Source of the DNA: Planctomycetota bacterium
GTDB taxonomy: Bacteria; Planctomycetota; PLA2; JAEUHO01
NCBI GenBank assembly: GCA_050248855.1
Contig: JBFWRP010000020.1
Coordinates: 1 to 64,000, forward strand
DNA: 64,000 bases
Direction of reading: 5' to 3'
This document shows, in pieces, positions 54,936-64,000 of this stretch (the stretch's first letter is position 1; the number at the start of each line of letters is the position of its first letter). The position numbers were made by a program, and so were the translations under genes. The notes beneath the pieces were generated by a model, which did no database searches, was not told where the DNA came from, and saw only the letters and a program-made list of their open reading frames with translations.

Positions 54936-56812
54936 CGGGAGGGCTCCTTCCCGCTGGTCGGCGGAGCGCCGAGCGCAGCGGAGGACGCGGCGTCGTCGGG
55001 CAGGACGATGTCGCGAGCTCCAGGGTTCGACGTCGCAGCGGCCGCCGTCAGCCCGGCCGGCCCGGGCGACTCGGGGCGCGCGGCGACCTGGTGGACCCCG
55101 GCTTCCGGTTCCCCCCAGGCGCCCTCTTCCACGGCAGGACCCGCCTGCGGCAGGGCCGGGGCCGCGCCTGCGGGCGGCTCCTCGAGGGGCGGCGCCCACG
55201 TCCAACCGGCGTTCTCGTCGACCACGAGCACGCCTGTCGCCCGCTCGGCTTCGAGGCGCACGAGGACGTGGTCGACCAGGGCCCGGGTCAAGGCGTTGGC
55301 CGAGGCCACGCGCGCGTTCTCCGCGTCGAGCCGGTCGCGGATGGTGGCCGCGCCCTGCTCGAGCAGGAGCTCGGTGCTTTCCACGCGTCGCTCTGCCAGC
55401 CGGAGGCTCTCGCGCTGGAGCATGATGCTCCGTGCCGCCTCGGCCAGGTCGCGCCAGGCCTGGCGGACCTCGACATCGACGGCGTCCCCCAGGCGCTCTT
55501 GATCGCGGCGCAGGCGTCGCGCGGTCACCAGACGTCGCACGAGCTCGTTGCGTTCGTCCGTACGCTCCAGCGGCAGGTCGACGTCGAGGCCGAGCAGGCT
55601 GTCGAATGCCGCATCGGCCAGGTCGAACGGTTGCTCGTTCTCCGTGGTCAGTCCGGCGCCGACCCGCAGGTCCAGGCCCATGCGCAGCGCGTCGCGGGCC
55701 ACGGCCACGTGGCGGCACGCGTCCCGCTCCCGGTCGCGCGCCGTGGCCAGGTCCAGCCGGCGCACGGCGGCCGTGGCCAGGGCGTGCTCCAAGGAGAAGG
55801 GCGCGGGGAGGGGGCCCTCGGCGCGCAGTGCTTCCAGGGCCGTGTCGTCGAGCTCGACGCCGTCGGAGACGGGCAAGCCCATCGCGAGCAGCAGCTGCTC
55901 GATCGAGGCTTCGTAGGAAGCCAACGCACGAGCTCGTCGATCGTCGGCCTGCAGGAGCTCCTGCCGCGCCTGGTCGACCTGGAAGTCGGGGAGACGTCCG
56001 GACGACGCCTTGTCGGCCTGCACCTCGACGAGCGCCTGCAGGCTCTCGTACGTGCGCGTCTCGTTGCGCCAGATGTCGCGGAGCTGCAGCGTCCGGTAGA
56101 AGCGCGTGGCGATGTCGATGGTGAACGCCTGCTGGAAGCGCGCGAACTCCCGTAGCTCGTAGAGCAGGTCGAACTGGGCTTGCCGCAAGGGCTCGAGGGC
56201 CACGAGCCGGCCGCTGCCCCGTGCCAAGGAAAGGACGAGCTCGCTGGCCAGCAGCGTGCGCGCCGTGCGCAGGGGGCTTCCCGTGAGATCGCGCAAGATG
56301 TCCGTGGCGATGGAGAGCAGGAGCGAGCCACCCGCTTCCAAGGACTGGATGACGCTGCCGTCGGCGGCGGCCGCGATCGACGTGCCGTCGTCCGTTCGCG
56401 CGACCTCGGCCGAGCCACCCAGGTCGTACTGCGTTCGCCAGCGGTGACGTTCCCCCGTGACCGCCAGGGCCGCGAGCCACACGCGCTCGCGGGCCTCGAG
56501 GTAGTCCTGCGAACCGTGCGCGGCGAGGGTCAGGGCCGTGGTCAGGTCGATGCGTGTCGGGACGTCGCTGCGCTGGGCGCGCGCGCGTTGCTCGGCCTCG
56601 ATCAGGTCGAGCCGGCCGCGCACCTCGTCGACCGCCGCACGGCGGGCTGCCAGCAGACGCGTCACCTCATCACGGGCAGCAGCCGGCTGGTCTCGCGGGC
56701 CCGCGCTGCATGCGCTGGCGAGCAACCCGCAGAGCAGGGCGGCGGCGAGGCGCGTCGCCGCGGTTCCGGCCGACGCGACCCAGCGCGCACGCGAAGTGGA
56801 ACGCGACGGCAC
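54932..56812 (-). CDS. TolC family outer membrane efflux lipoprotein
   Basis: Lipobox ASAC, two helical/beta repeats, and position in an MFP-ABC operon. Confidence 0.85.
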   Translation of the reverse strand: MPSRSTSRARWVASAGTAATRLAAALLCGLLASACSAGPRDQPAAARDEVTRLLAARRAAVDEVRGRLDLIEAEQRARAQRSDVPTRIDLTTALTLAAHGSQDYLEARERVWLAALAVTGERHRWRTQYDLGGSAEVARTDDGTSIAAAADGSVIQSLEAGGSLLLSIATDILRDLTGSPLRTARTLLASELVLSLARGSGRLVALEPLRQAQFDLLYELREFARFQQAFTIDIATRFYRTLQLRDIWRNETRTYESLQALVEVQADKASSGRLPDFQVDQARQELLQADDRRARALASYEASIEQLLLAMGLPVSDGVELDDTALEALRAEGPLPAPFSLEHALATAAVRRLDLATARDRERDACRHVAVARDALRMGLDLRVGAGLTTENEQPFDLADAAFDSLLGLDVDLPLERTDERNELVRRLVTARRLRRDQERLGDAVDVEVRQAWRDLAEAARSIMLQRESLRLAERRVESTELLLEQGAATIRDRLDAENARVASANALTRALVDHVLVRLEAERATGVLVVDENAGWTWAPPLEEPPAGAAPALPQAGPAVEEGAWGEPEAGVHQVAARPESPGPAGLTAAAATSNPGARDIVLPDDAASSAALGAPPTSGKEPSR

Positions 56813-56818
56813 GCGGGC

Positions 56819-57136
56819 TCAGGAGGCCTGGGCCGCCCGCGTGCCCGCCCGCGGCAGGGCCTCGTCGGGCAGGCCACGAACGGAGATGCGGGGCGCGGTA
56901 CCGCCTGCCGCCACGGGACGGGCGAAGAAGTGGTGGCCCACGAGGCGATGCCCCGTGCCCGCCGCGACCACGACGCCGGCGGTCTCCGACGGCAGCGCAT
57001 CGCGCGTGGCGCCTTCGGCGAAGCGCACGTCGGCGTCGAAGGCGCGGAGCACGCACTCCAGGTCCTTGCCTGCGTCCTGTCCGCCGAGCCAGGTCCATCC
57101 GTCGTGACGCACGAGGCGCAGGGCGAGCTGTTCCAT
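56819..57136 (-). CDS. hypothetical protein (105 aa), first gene of the efflux operon
   Basis: GGAAGGA RBS before the ATG. It ends 6 bp before the TolC-like gene. Confidence 0.55.
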   Translation of the reverse strand: MEQLALRLVRHDGWTWLGGQDAGKDLECVLRAFDADVRFAEGATRDALPSETAGVVVAAGTGHRLVGHHFFARPVAAGGTAPRISVRGLPDEALPRAGTRAAQAS

Positions 57137-57515
57137 CTGTCCTTCCCGGAGAGCCGTGACTTCGCGCCTCCTGGCGACCTGCACGAGCCGGGAGCGAGTT
57201 GGCTCCCGAGGACGCGCGTGCCTCCCGGAGACGGTCGTGTCCGCTGGGGACGCCAGAGCGGGCGCTTGGGTTGCCCGTGTGGCGGCAGCGGCCTGCGAAC
57301 GCGTGCGGAGGCCCACCGTAAGGCCTTGATCAGGTCCTGAGCGCGGATTTTCGCACTTGTCCTACGCACCGCATGGCTACACTTGCCTGCCTCGCGGGCC
57401 CGGGCAGGGGACCGCCGCCCCCACGGACGTCCGTGGGCACGGCGGGCCGACAGGCTCGGGACGCGAGCGTCGTGGGGGACATCTCCACGACGAATCGTCC
57501 ATGACGGAGGGAATC

Positions 57516-58760
57516 ATGCGAAGTGGGATGACATCCCTGCTCGTGGTCGCACTGTGCGGCGTGCTTGCCGGCTGCTGCGGCCTCGACCTGGGGGGTTGCG
57601 GCTGCGACCCCTGCAACACGTGCGAGCCGAGCCCGTGCTGCGCGATCGAGACACCGGCTCCGATGGTTGCCTGCGCGGTGCAGGCTCCCGAGGTGCTTCC
57701 TTGCGCCGCCAGCCCCGAGCCGCCCTGCGCGCCCGGTGACTGCTGCGGCCAGGTCGCTGGTCAGCGCGATGCGCCGGCCGGCATCCCCGCGGGCGTCCAG
57801 GCTGGTGAGGCCTGGTGCCGCGTGCTCATCCCGGCCCAGTACGAAGACGTGACCGAGCAGGTCTGCGTCCGTCCGGCCAGCACGCGCCGCGAGACCATCC
57901 CGGCTCGCTACGAGACGCGGACGCGTCAGGTCCTCTGCCGCCCCGAGCAGCAGCGCCAGATCCCGGTCCCCGGCGAGTACGAGATGCGCGACAAGCAGAT
58001 CTGCGTGCGTCCCGCCTCCACGCGCCGGGTCCCGGTGCCCGGCGAGTACGAGATGCGTGACAAGCAGATTTGTGTGCGTCCCGCCTCCACGCGCCGCGTC
58101 CCGGTGCCCGGCGAGTACGAGATGCGCGACAAGCAGGTTTGCGTGCGTCCCGCCTCCACGCGGAACATCCCGGTTCCGGCCGAGTTCCAGACGGTGACCG
58201 AGCGCGTCGAGTGCTGCCCGGCCCGTACCGAGTGGCAGCAGATCCCCTGCCAGCCCTGCGACCTTGGCGAGGGCGAAGAGCAGGGTGACTGCTGGCAGCT
58301 CGTCACGATCCCGGCGCAGTACCGCGAGGTCAGCCGTCAGGTCTGCGTCAAGCCCGCCAGCGTGCGCTGCGAGCAGATCCCGGCCGAGTACAGGACCATC
58401 CAGGAGCGCGTCTGCGTCAAGCCGCCGAGCTTCCGCGAGGAGGTCATCCCGGCCGAGTACAAGACGATCCAGGAGCGCGTCTGCGTCAAGCCGCCGAGCT
58501 TCCGCGAGGAAGTGATCCCGGCCGAGTACAAGACGATCCAGGAGCGCGTCTGCGTCAAGCCGCCGAGCACGCGCTGCGAGACGATCCCGGCCGAGTACCG
58601 CACGGAGGAGTACCGCGTCTGCGTGCAGCCCGAGAGCTGCCGCGAGATCCCGGTGCCCGCCGAGTACACGACCCGCACGACCAAGCGCCTCGTCGCCCCG
58701 GCTCGCTGGGTGTGGCGTCGCAACACGGCGTGCGAAGTCCCGGACGCTCCCTGCAACTAG
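57516..58760 (+). CDS. Cys/Pro-rich lipoprotein with 12 x 23-aa P[AG]xY repeats
   Basis: GGAGGG RBS and lipobox LAGC. 69-nt periodic repeats. About 35 Cys. Confidence 0.85.
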   Translation: MRSGMTSLLVVALCGVLAGCCGLDLGGCGCDPCNTCEPSPCCAIETPAPMVACAVQAPEVLPCAASPEPPCAPGDCCGQVAGQRDAPAGIPAGVQAGEAWCRVLIPAQYEDVTEQVCVRPASTRRETIPARYETRTRQVLCRPEQQRQIPVPGEYEMRDKQICVRPASTRRVPVPGEYEMRDKQICVRPASTRRVPVPGEYEMRDKQVCVRPASTRNIPVPAEFQTVTERVECCPARTEWQQIPCQPCDLGEGEEQGDCWQLVTIPAQYREVSRQVCVKPASVRCEQIPAEYRTIQERVCVKPPSFREEVIPAEYKTIQERVCVKPPSFREEVIPAEYKTIQERVCVKPPSTRCETIPAEYRTEEYRVCVQPESCREIPVPAEYTTRTTKRLVAPARWVWRRNTACEVPDAPCN

Positions 58761-58891
58761 CTGTCGGGAGGTCAGGCGCGCATCGCGAGGTGCGCGCCTG
58801 AATCGTCTGGCTCGCGCGCTTCACCGCTGCCGGTTCCCGGACCGGCATGGCGAGGGGCGGGATGACGGTCGCGCTCCCCGCAGCCCACTTC

Positions 58892-59306
58892 ATGGGGCCA
58901 GGCCGCCATGCGGCCTGGCCCCATTCACGTTTTGTCTTGGCGCAGTCAGCTCTTGGAAGGGGGCGACGGCCGTAGCGCGCCCCCAGCCGGCCAACCCGCC
59001 CGCCGTGCAGTGGGGCACCGGTCCGGGCGCTGCTGCGCGGATGGGTCCAGGCCGCCTGCGGCCTGGCCCCATTCGCGTTTTGTCTTGGCGCAGTCAGCTC
59101 CTGGAAGGCGGCGACGGCCGCAGAGCGCCCCCAGCCGGCCAACCCGCCGGCCGTGCAGTGGGCCACCGGTCCGGGCGCTGCTGCGCGGATGGGTCCAGGC
59201 CGCCTGCGGCCTGGCCCCATTCACGTTTTGTCTTGGCGCAGTCAGCTCCTGGAAGGCGGCGACGGCCGCAGAGCGCCCCCAGCCGGCCAACCCGCCGGCC
59301 GTGCAG
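58892..59306. repeat. ~148-bp tandem repeat x ~2.8, each unit starting with a 15-bp hairpin
   Basis: Units start at 58892, 59041 and 59189. Hairpin ATGGGGCCAGGCCGC/GCGGCCTGGCCCCAT followed by TC(A/G)CGTTTTG. Confidence 0.9.
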
Positions 59307-59309
59307 CGG

Positions 59310-59622
59310 ATGAGGAGCCGGGTGAAGTCACCACCTCTCGCCCCTGAGGGCGATCGCTCCTGGTGGGGCCTCGCAGCGAGAGGTGGGGACGCTCACCGGG
59401 CTCCGTACGGCCCCTTTCGAGCCCGGGGCGACTTCCGTTCTGTTCCCCGTCGCGGCGACGCCCCGTCGCGGTGCCGCTCCCCGGCGCGGTGCGGAGGTCT
59501 TGCCGGGCTCCGTACGGCCCCTTTCGAGCCCGGGGCGACTTCCCTCCTGTTCCCCGTCTCGGCGACGCCCTGTCGCGGTGCCGCTCCCCGGCGCGGTGCG
59601 GGAGTCCTGCCTGGCTCTGTAC
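59310..59622. repeat. cluster of three ~100-bp REPIN-like hairpins ending in CTC(C/T)GTAC
   Basis: Units 59310-59408, 59414-59515 and 59521-59622. The last two form a 107-bp tandem duplication. Confidence 0.75.
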
Positions 59623-59747
59623 GTTTGCGGCCTCGACGGGCCAAGCTCCGCCCGCGCGCGGCGGTGTCCCCTCGCGCCCACCCTCGGAACCCGCCAGGCG
59701 GTACCCTCCTGGCCGACGCCGAGGGGGCGGCGTCGGGAGGCAGCGCG

Positions 59748-61100
59748 ATGGGCCATGTGGTGCGTCGGGGTCTGGTCGCGTTCCTGGCCGGCTGGCTGCT
59801 GTTCGCGGGCCCCGGCCGCGCGCGCGTCGGGGCCGAGGAGGCCGCCGAGGAGCTCCAGAAGCGCGTGGACGCCGCGATCGACCGCGGCGTCGCGTGGCTC
59901 CGCACGCAGCAGCAGCGCGAGGGCAGCTTCCCCGGGCTTTCCGAGAACCGGACGGACAGCCGCGCCTACCACCTCATGGACCTGGGTCTTGACGCCCTGG
60001 TCATCCTCACGATGGCCCACGGGGGCGTGAAGGCGGACGACGACGCGGTCAAGAAGGCGATGCGGTTCATCGAGGGCCACTACCGCGGTGATCCCCGCAA
60101 GGGCAGCTGGAACCTGGCGGGCGACGGCAAGCTGACGGTGTACGTCGCGTCGACCCTGATCCTTGCGCTTGACGCGTTGCACGACGCGACCGGCGGCGAG
60201 CCTGCGCAGGTCGCCATGGACCGCTACGGTCAGCCCAAGGCGCCCAAGCCCTGCAAGTGCCGCTACCCCAAGCGCGTCGAGCGCTGGATCCGCGAGCTCG
60301 TCGACTTCCTCGTGGGTGCGCAGGATGCGTCCGGAGGCTGGCGCTACCCAGGCAACCCGATCGCGTCCGAAGAGGCCGCGACCGACCTCAGCAACACCCA
60401 GTACGCGTTGCTGGGCCTGGCCGCCGCAGCGCGTTGCGGCATCGAGGCGCCGCCGGCCACGTGGCAGAAGGCGGCCGAGCACGTGCTTCGCGAGCAGGAG
60501 TCCGACGGGCTCGACGGGACGTGGTGGGTGGAGAACCCGGCGTACGACCCCGCGGGCACCTCGGACCGCTTCGTGGACGCGGGCCAGGGCAAGGTGCGGG
60601 GCTGGTGCTACCTGCCAGGCCAAGTGGCCCTGCCAACCGGCTCCATGACGGCCGCCGGCGTCACGTGCCTCGCGCTCGCCAAGGAACGTCTCTGGCAGAT
60701 GGGTGCCCTGGAGCCTTCCTTCAGGTCGAAGATCGACATCGGCCTGCGCGATGGGCTCATCTGGCTCGGTGAGTACTTCGACGTGTCCCGCAACCCGGAG
60801 CCCTCGGGCGCCGCCGCGCTATGGCACTACTACTGGATCTACGGGCTCGAGCGGGCCGGCTCCAAGACCGGGGTGAAGTACCTCGGCAAGCACGACTGGT
60901 ACCGGGAGGGCGCCACCTACTTGCTGGCGGCCCAGCAGGCGGACGGCTCCTGGCCCCAGGCGGGCGCGGACGGGCGCCCGGCCGACCACACGGAGAGCGC
61001 GATCACGCAGACGTGCTTCGCCGTCCTCTTCCTGCGCCGTGCCACGGCCAAGCCGCCGATCCCCATGGTTCCGACCTTCACGGGGGGCGGGGACAAGTAG
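59748..61100 (+). CDS. exported prenyltransferase/squalene-oxidase-repeat (alpha-alpha toroid) protein
   Basis: QW-like motifs (WLRTQQQREGSF, AQDASGGWRY, AQQADGSW), DLSNTQYALLGL and YYWIYGLER. Confidence 0.85.
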   Translation: MGHVVRRGLVAFLAGWLLFAGPGRARVGAEEAAEELQKRVDAAIDRGVAWLRTQQQREGSFPGLSENRTDSRAYHLMDLGLDALVILTMAHGGVKADDDAVKKAMRFIEGHYRGDPRKGSWNLAGDGKLTVYVASTLILALDALHDATGGEPAQVAMDRYGQPKAPKPCKCRYPKRVERWIRELVDFLVGAQDASGGWRYPGNPIASEEAATDLSNTQYALLGLAAAARCGIEAPPATWQKAAEHVLREQESDGLDGTWWVENPAYDPAGTSDRFVDAGQGKVRGWCYLPGQVALPTGSMTAAGVTCLALAKERLWQMGALEPSFRSKIDIGLRDGLIWLGEYFDVSRNPEPSGAAALWHYYWIYGLERAGSKTGVKYLGKHDWYREGATYLLAAQQADGSWPQAGADGRPADHTESAITQTCFAVLFLRRATAKPPIPMVPTFTGGGDK

Positions 61101-61265
61101 CCCGCGGCGAGGCGCGCTCCTCCGTCGGTGTCGCCCCGTCGCGGCGCCGTGCCTGGGGGGGCGACGGCCTAGACTGACCGGCTCGCGGGAGGCGGCTGGC
61201 GGGCAAGGTGCCCCAAGGTGCCCGGGGGCGGACCCGGCACGTGACGCGCCCGGACGGGAGGCGGC

Positions 61266-63437
61266 GTGACCGACGATGCCAAGGGCCACCGCGGGACGGG
61301 AAGCGCGAGCGCGGACGCAGGGAAGCCGACGGGCGTCGTCGAGCCCCGAGCCGTGACGGGAGGAGCCGTGAGCGAGAGCCCCGGAGGGCGCCTGCCCGGA
61401 GACGAGGCGGCCGGCCCGTTGGCCGCGCAGGCCGTCGACACGTTGCGCACGCTGGCCATGGACGCGGTGCAAGCCGCGAACAGCGGGCATCCGGGTACGC
61501 CCATGGCCCTGGCGCCGCTGGCCTATGCGCTGTGGACCCACGGCATGCGCTACACCAGCGAGGACCCGGCCTGGCCGGATCGCGACCGCTTCGTCCTCTC
61601 GTGCGGTCACGCCAGCATGCTGCTCTACGGCATCCTGCACCTGACGGGCTATCCGCTCGGGCTCGACGACATCCGTCGGTTCCGCCAGTGGGACAGCCCG
61701 GCGGCCGGCCATCCCGAGCACGGCCATGTTCCCGGTGTCGAGACCACGACGGGGCCCCTCGGACAGGGCATTGCCAATGCCGTGGGGATGGCGCTCGCGG
61801 AGCGTCACCTGGCCGCTCGCTTCAACCGCGAAGGCAGCGTCCTCGTCGACCACCGTACGTGGGTGATCGCCTCGGACGGGGATCTCATGGAGGGCGTCTC
61901 GTTCGAAGCGGCCAGCCTCGCAGGCCACCTCGGTCTGGGCCGGCTGTGCGTGTTCTGGGACGACAACCGGATCACGATCGACGGCACGACGGACCTCGCC
62001 TTCAGCGAAGACGTGGCGGCCCGTTTCCGCGCCCTGGGCTGGGACGTGCTGCACGTCGGCGACGATGAAGGGGTGCCCGGCTACCGGCGCGCCATCGACG
62101 CGGCCCTGGCCGACGAGGATCGCCCCACGCTCGTGGTGTGCCGTACGCACATCGGTGCCGGCAGCCCGGGCAAGCAGGACACCTCCGCGGCGCATGGCGC
62201 GCCGCTGGGCGCCGACGAGGTGCTCCGCACCAAGGAGGCCCTGGGCTGGCCCGTGGAGCCCGCGTTCCTCGTCCCCGACCAAGTCCGCGAGCATCTGACC
62301 GAAGCGGGGCGCCGCGGCAATGCCGAGCGGGACGCGTGGAACGCACGCCTCGCCGCCGCCCGCCAGTCCGACCCCGACCGCGTAGCCGCGTTCGAGGCTG
62401 CGCTTGCCGGCGTCCTCCCCCTGGAGGTCGGCAGCACGTTGGACGCCGTGGCCGAGGCCGAGGGTGGCCGCCGCATGGCCACGCGCAAGGCCAGCGGCAA
62501 GGTGCTCGCCGCGCTCGAGGGCGTCCTGCCGGAGCTGGTCGGCGGGTCCGCCGACCTGGCGGGCAGCAACAACACGCGTCTGCCCCGGAGCGGCGACATC
62601 CGGCGTGGTCGCTTCGGCGACCGCAACGTGCACTTCGGCGTGCGCGAGCACGGCATGGCGTCCATGCTCAACGGCATGGCGCTGCACGGCGGCGTGCGTC
62701 CCTACGGCGGCACGTTCCTGGTGTTCGCCGACTACATGCGCCCCGCCATCCGTCTCGCGGCCTTGATGGGTCTGCCGGTCGTCTACGTGTTCACGCACGA
62801 CTCGATCGGCGTGGGGGAGGACGGGCCCACGCACCAGCCGGTCGAGCACCTCGCCTCGCTACGTGCCATGCCCAACCTCCACGTGATCCGACCGGCGGAT
62901 GCCGCGGAAACGGTCGAGGCGTGGCGTCTCGCGCTCGAGCGACGCGACGGGCCCACGGCCCTCGTGCTCACGCGACAAGACCTGTCGCCGTTGGATCGCA
63001 CGCGAGGGCGACCGGCCTCGTGCGTCGCCGACGGCGCGTACGTGGTGCGTTCCGGTGCGGAGGCGCCAGACGTCGCGCTCCTCGCGACCGGCAGCGAGGT
63101 CGGTGCCGCCGTCGAAGCGGCCGAGAGGCTCCAGGGCCAAGGCGTGACCGCACGCGTGATCTCCATGCCGTGCTGGGAGCGGATCGACGACGCTGCGTTC
63201 GATCGGATGTGCGGAGGAGCACGCGTACGCGTCGCCATCGAGGCGGCGGCCTCGTTCGGCTGGCACCGCTTCACGGGATCGGGCGGCACCCTCGTCACGC
63301 TGGACCGCTTCGGCGCGTCGGCACCGGCGGGCGTCTTGTTCGAGAAGCTCGGCTTCACGGGCGAGCACGTCGCGACCGTGGCCAAGGACGCGTTGGCGCG
63401 GGCGGAGCTGGGCGGAGCCGGGGCATGCGCATCCTGA
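61266..63437 (+). CDS. tkt: transketolase
   Basis: Motifs ANSGHPG, RDRFVLSCGH, GPLGQG, SDGDLMEG and EDGPTHQP. Confidence 0.97.
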   Translation: MTDDAKGHRGTGSASADAGKPTGVVEPRAVTGGAVSESPGGRLPGDEAAGPLAAQAVDTLRTLAMDAVQAANSGHPGTPMALAPLAYALWTHGMRYTSEDPAWPDRDRFVLSCGHASMLLYGILHLTGYPLGLDDIRRFRQWDSPAAGHPEHGHVPGVETTTGPLGQGIANAVGMALAERHLAARFNREGSVLVDHRTWVIASDGDLMEGVSFEAASLAGHLGLGRLCVFWDDNRITIDGTTDLAFSEDVAARFRALGWDVLHVGDDEGVPGYRRAIDAALADEDRPTLVVCRTHIGAGSPGKQDTSAAHGAPLGADEVLRTKEALGWPVEPAFLVPDQVREHLTEAGRRGNAERDAWNARLAAARQSDPDRVAAFEAALAGVLPLEVGSTLDAVAEAEGGRRMATRKASGKVLAALEGVLPELVGGSADLAGSNNTRLPRSGDIRRGRFGDRNVHFGVREHGMASMLNGMALHGGVRPYGGTFLVFADYMRPAIRLAALMGLPVVYVFTHDSIGVGEDGPTHQPVEHLASLRAMPNLHVIRPADAAETVEAWRLALERRDGPTALVLTRQDLSPLDRTRGRPASCVADGAYVVRSGAEAPDVALLATGSEVGAAVEAAERLQGQGVTARVISMPCWERIDDAAFDRMCGGARVRVAIEAAASFGWHRFTGSGGTLVTLDRFGASAPAGVLFEKLGFTGEHVATVAKDALARAELGGAGACAS

Positions 63438-64000
63438 TCGCCGGCGCCGACGAGGTTGCCTTCCGTCTCGCCGAGGCCCTCATGGCCGACCACCGCACGG
63501 GCATCCTCTGCCCCGAGCGGGAGCGGTACGAGGCGCGCGTGGCTTCGCTGGAGGTCGATGCGCACTACGGTAGCGTCACCTCGGTCGAGGACCTGCGGGG
63601 CGCCGGCGTCAAGGAGGCCGATCTCTTCATCGCCGCGGGCACGAGCGACGAGGGCAACCTCGTGGCGTGCGTCAGCGCCAAGCGCTTGGGCGCCAAGCGT
63701 ACGGTGTGCTTCCTGTTCGGGCCGGCCCTGGACCTGCGCGACGGCCGCGACGATGGCACCGACGACCCGTTGGGCATCGCGCTCGACATCGACCTGGTCG
63801 TGCGTCCGGGCTCGCAGCTGACCGAGGAGATCTTGCGCATCGTGGCGGTGCCGGGCGCCCTCGACGTCGAGGCGTTCGTGGGAGGGCGCGTCCAGCTGCT
63901 GCGTCACGGCGTGGAGGCGGGAGCGCCCATCCTCAAGGGAGCGCTCAAGGACGTGGGCGTTCCCGAGGGCGTCGTGTTCGTCATGGCGCGACGCGGGGAC
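63425..64000 (+). CDS. trkA: Trk-system potassium uptake protein TrkA (partial, runs off window)
   Basis: My translation: MRILIAGADEVAFRLAEAL...LRGAGVKEADLFIAA..SDEGNLVAC..AKRLGA..., an RCK_N domain. Confidence 0.75.
   Translation, partial: MRILIAGADEVAFRLAEALMADHRTGILCPERERYEARVASLEVDAHYGSVTSVEDLRGAGVKEADLFIAAGTSDEGNLVACVSAKRLGAKRTVCFLFGPALDLRDGRDDGTDDPLGIALDIDLVVRPGSQLTEEILRIVAVPGALDVEAFVGGRVQLLRHGVEAGAPILKGALKDVGVPEGVVFVMARRGD

Noticed and set aside
57357..57383. Promoter for the Cys-rich gene (TTGTCC-15-TACACT)
   Set aside because: The spacing is suboptimal, so it is plausible but too weak to list as a feature.
57830..58700. 69-bp periodic repeats as CRISPR or DGR template/variable repeats
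   Set aside because: They are in-frame coding repeats with synonymous-type variation. There is no reverse transcriptase and no adenine-specific mismatch pattern.
58892..59622. Possible CRISPR array
   Set aside because: Sequences between the hairpins are near-identical rather than unique spacers, the periods are 148 and 107 bp, and there are no cas genes.
59748..61100. Squalene-hopene cyclase
   Set aside because: It has a signal peptide, is too short and lacks the DxDD motif. It is only a prenyltransferase-repeat protein.

Overview
A 64-kb, very GC-rich bacterial window of mostly housekeeping and cell-envelope genes. Several families here (carboxypeptidase-regulatory-like, prenyltransferase-repeat, GspG-domain fusion, long MFP adaptor) suggest a Planctomycetota-like diderm; this is inference only. 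Recognisable genes are rplC (no rpsJ upstream), lolC/E-lolD, nfeD-nfeD-floA-yqfB-like, two PLP aminotransferases, ltaE, a GT4, lipA, larC, tgt, spoIID/lytB, ruvB, ubiE/menG, holA, a CPBP protease, mutL, a ymfF/ymfH-like M16 pair, a PafC-like WYL regulator, leuS, a TolC-MFP-ABC efflux set, tkt and a partial trkA. Non-coding features are tRNA-Ala(GGC) and a clear cobalamin riboswitch. I found no CRISPR array, transposase or prophage. The most interesting signals are: (1) a Cys-rich lipoprotein with two symmetric 6-repeat arms, possibly one very long disulfide-stapled beta-hairpin; (2) a B12 riboswitch upstream of an uncharacterised beta-propeller lipoprotein; (3) several classes of ~98-bp REPIN-like hairpins sharing a GTACGGAG end; (4) a 174-bp MITE-like element in five copies, one supplying the C-terminus of an aminotransferase; (5) three tandem LolA-like paralogs; (6) repeated leaderless-mRNA promoter signatures. 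All calls were made by eye without database searches, and start codons are best guesses.
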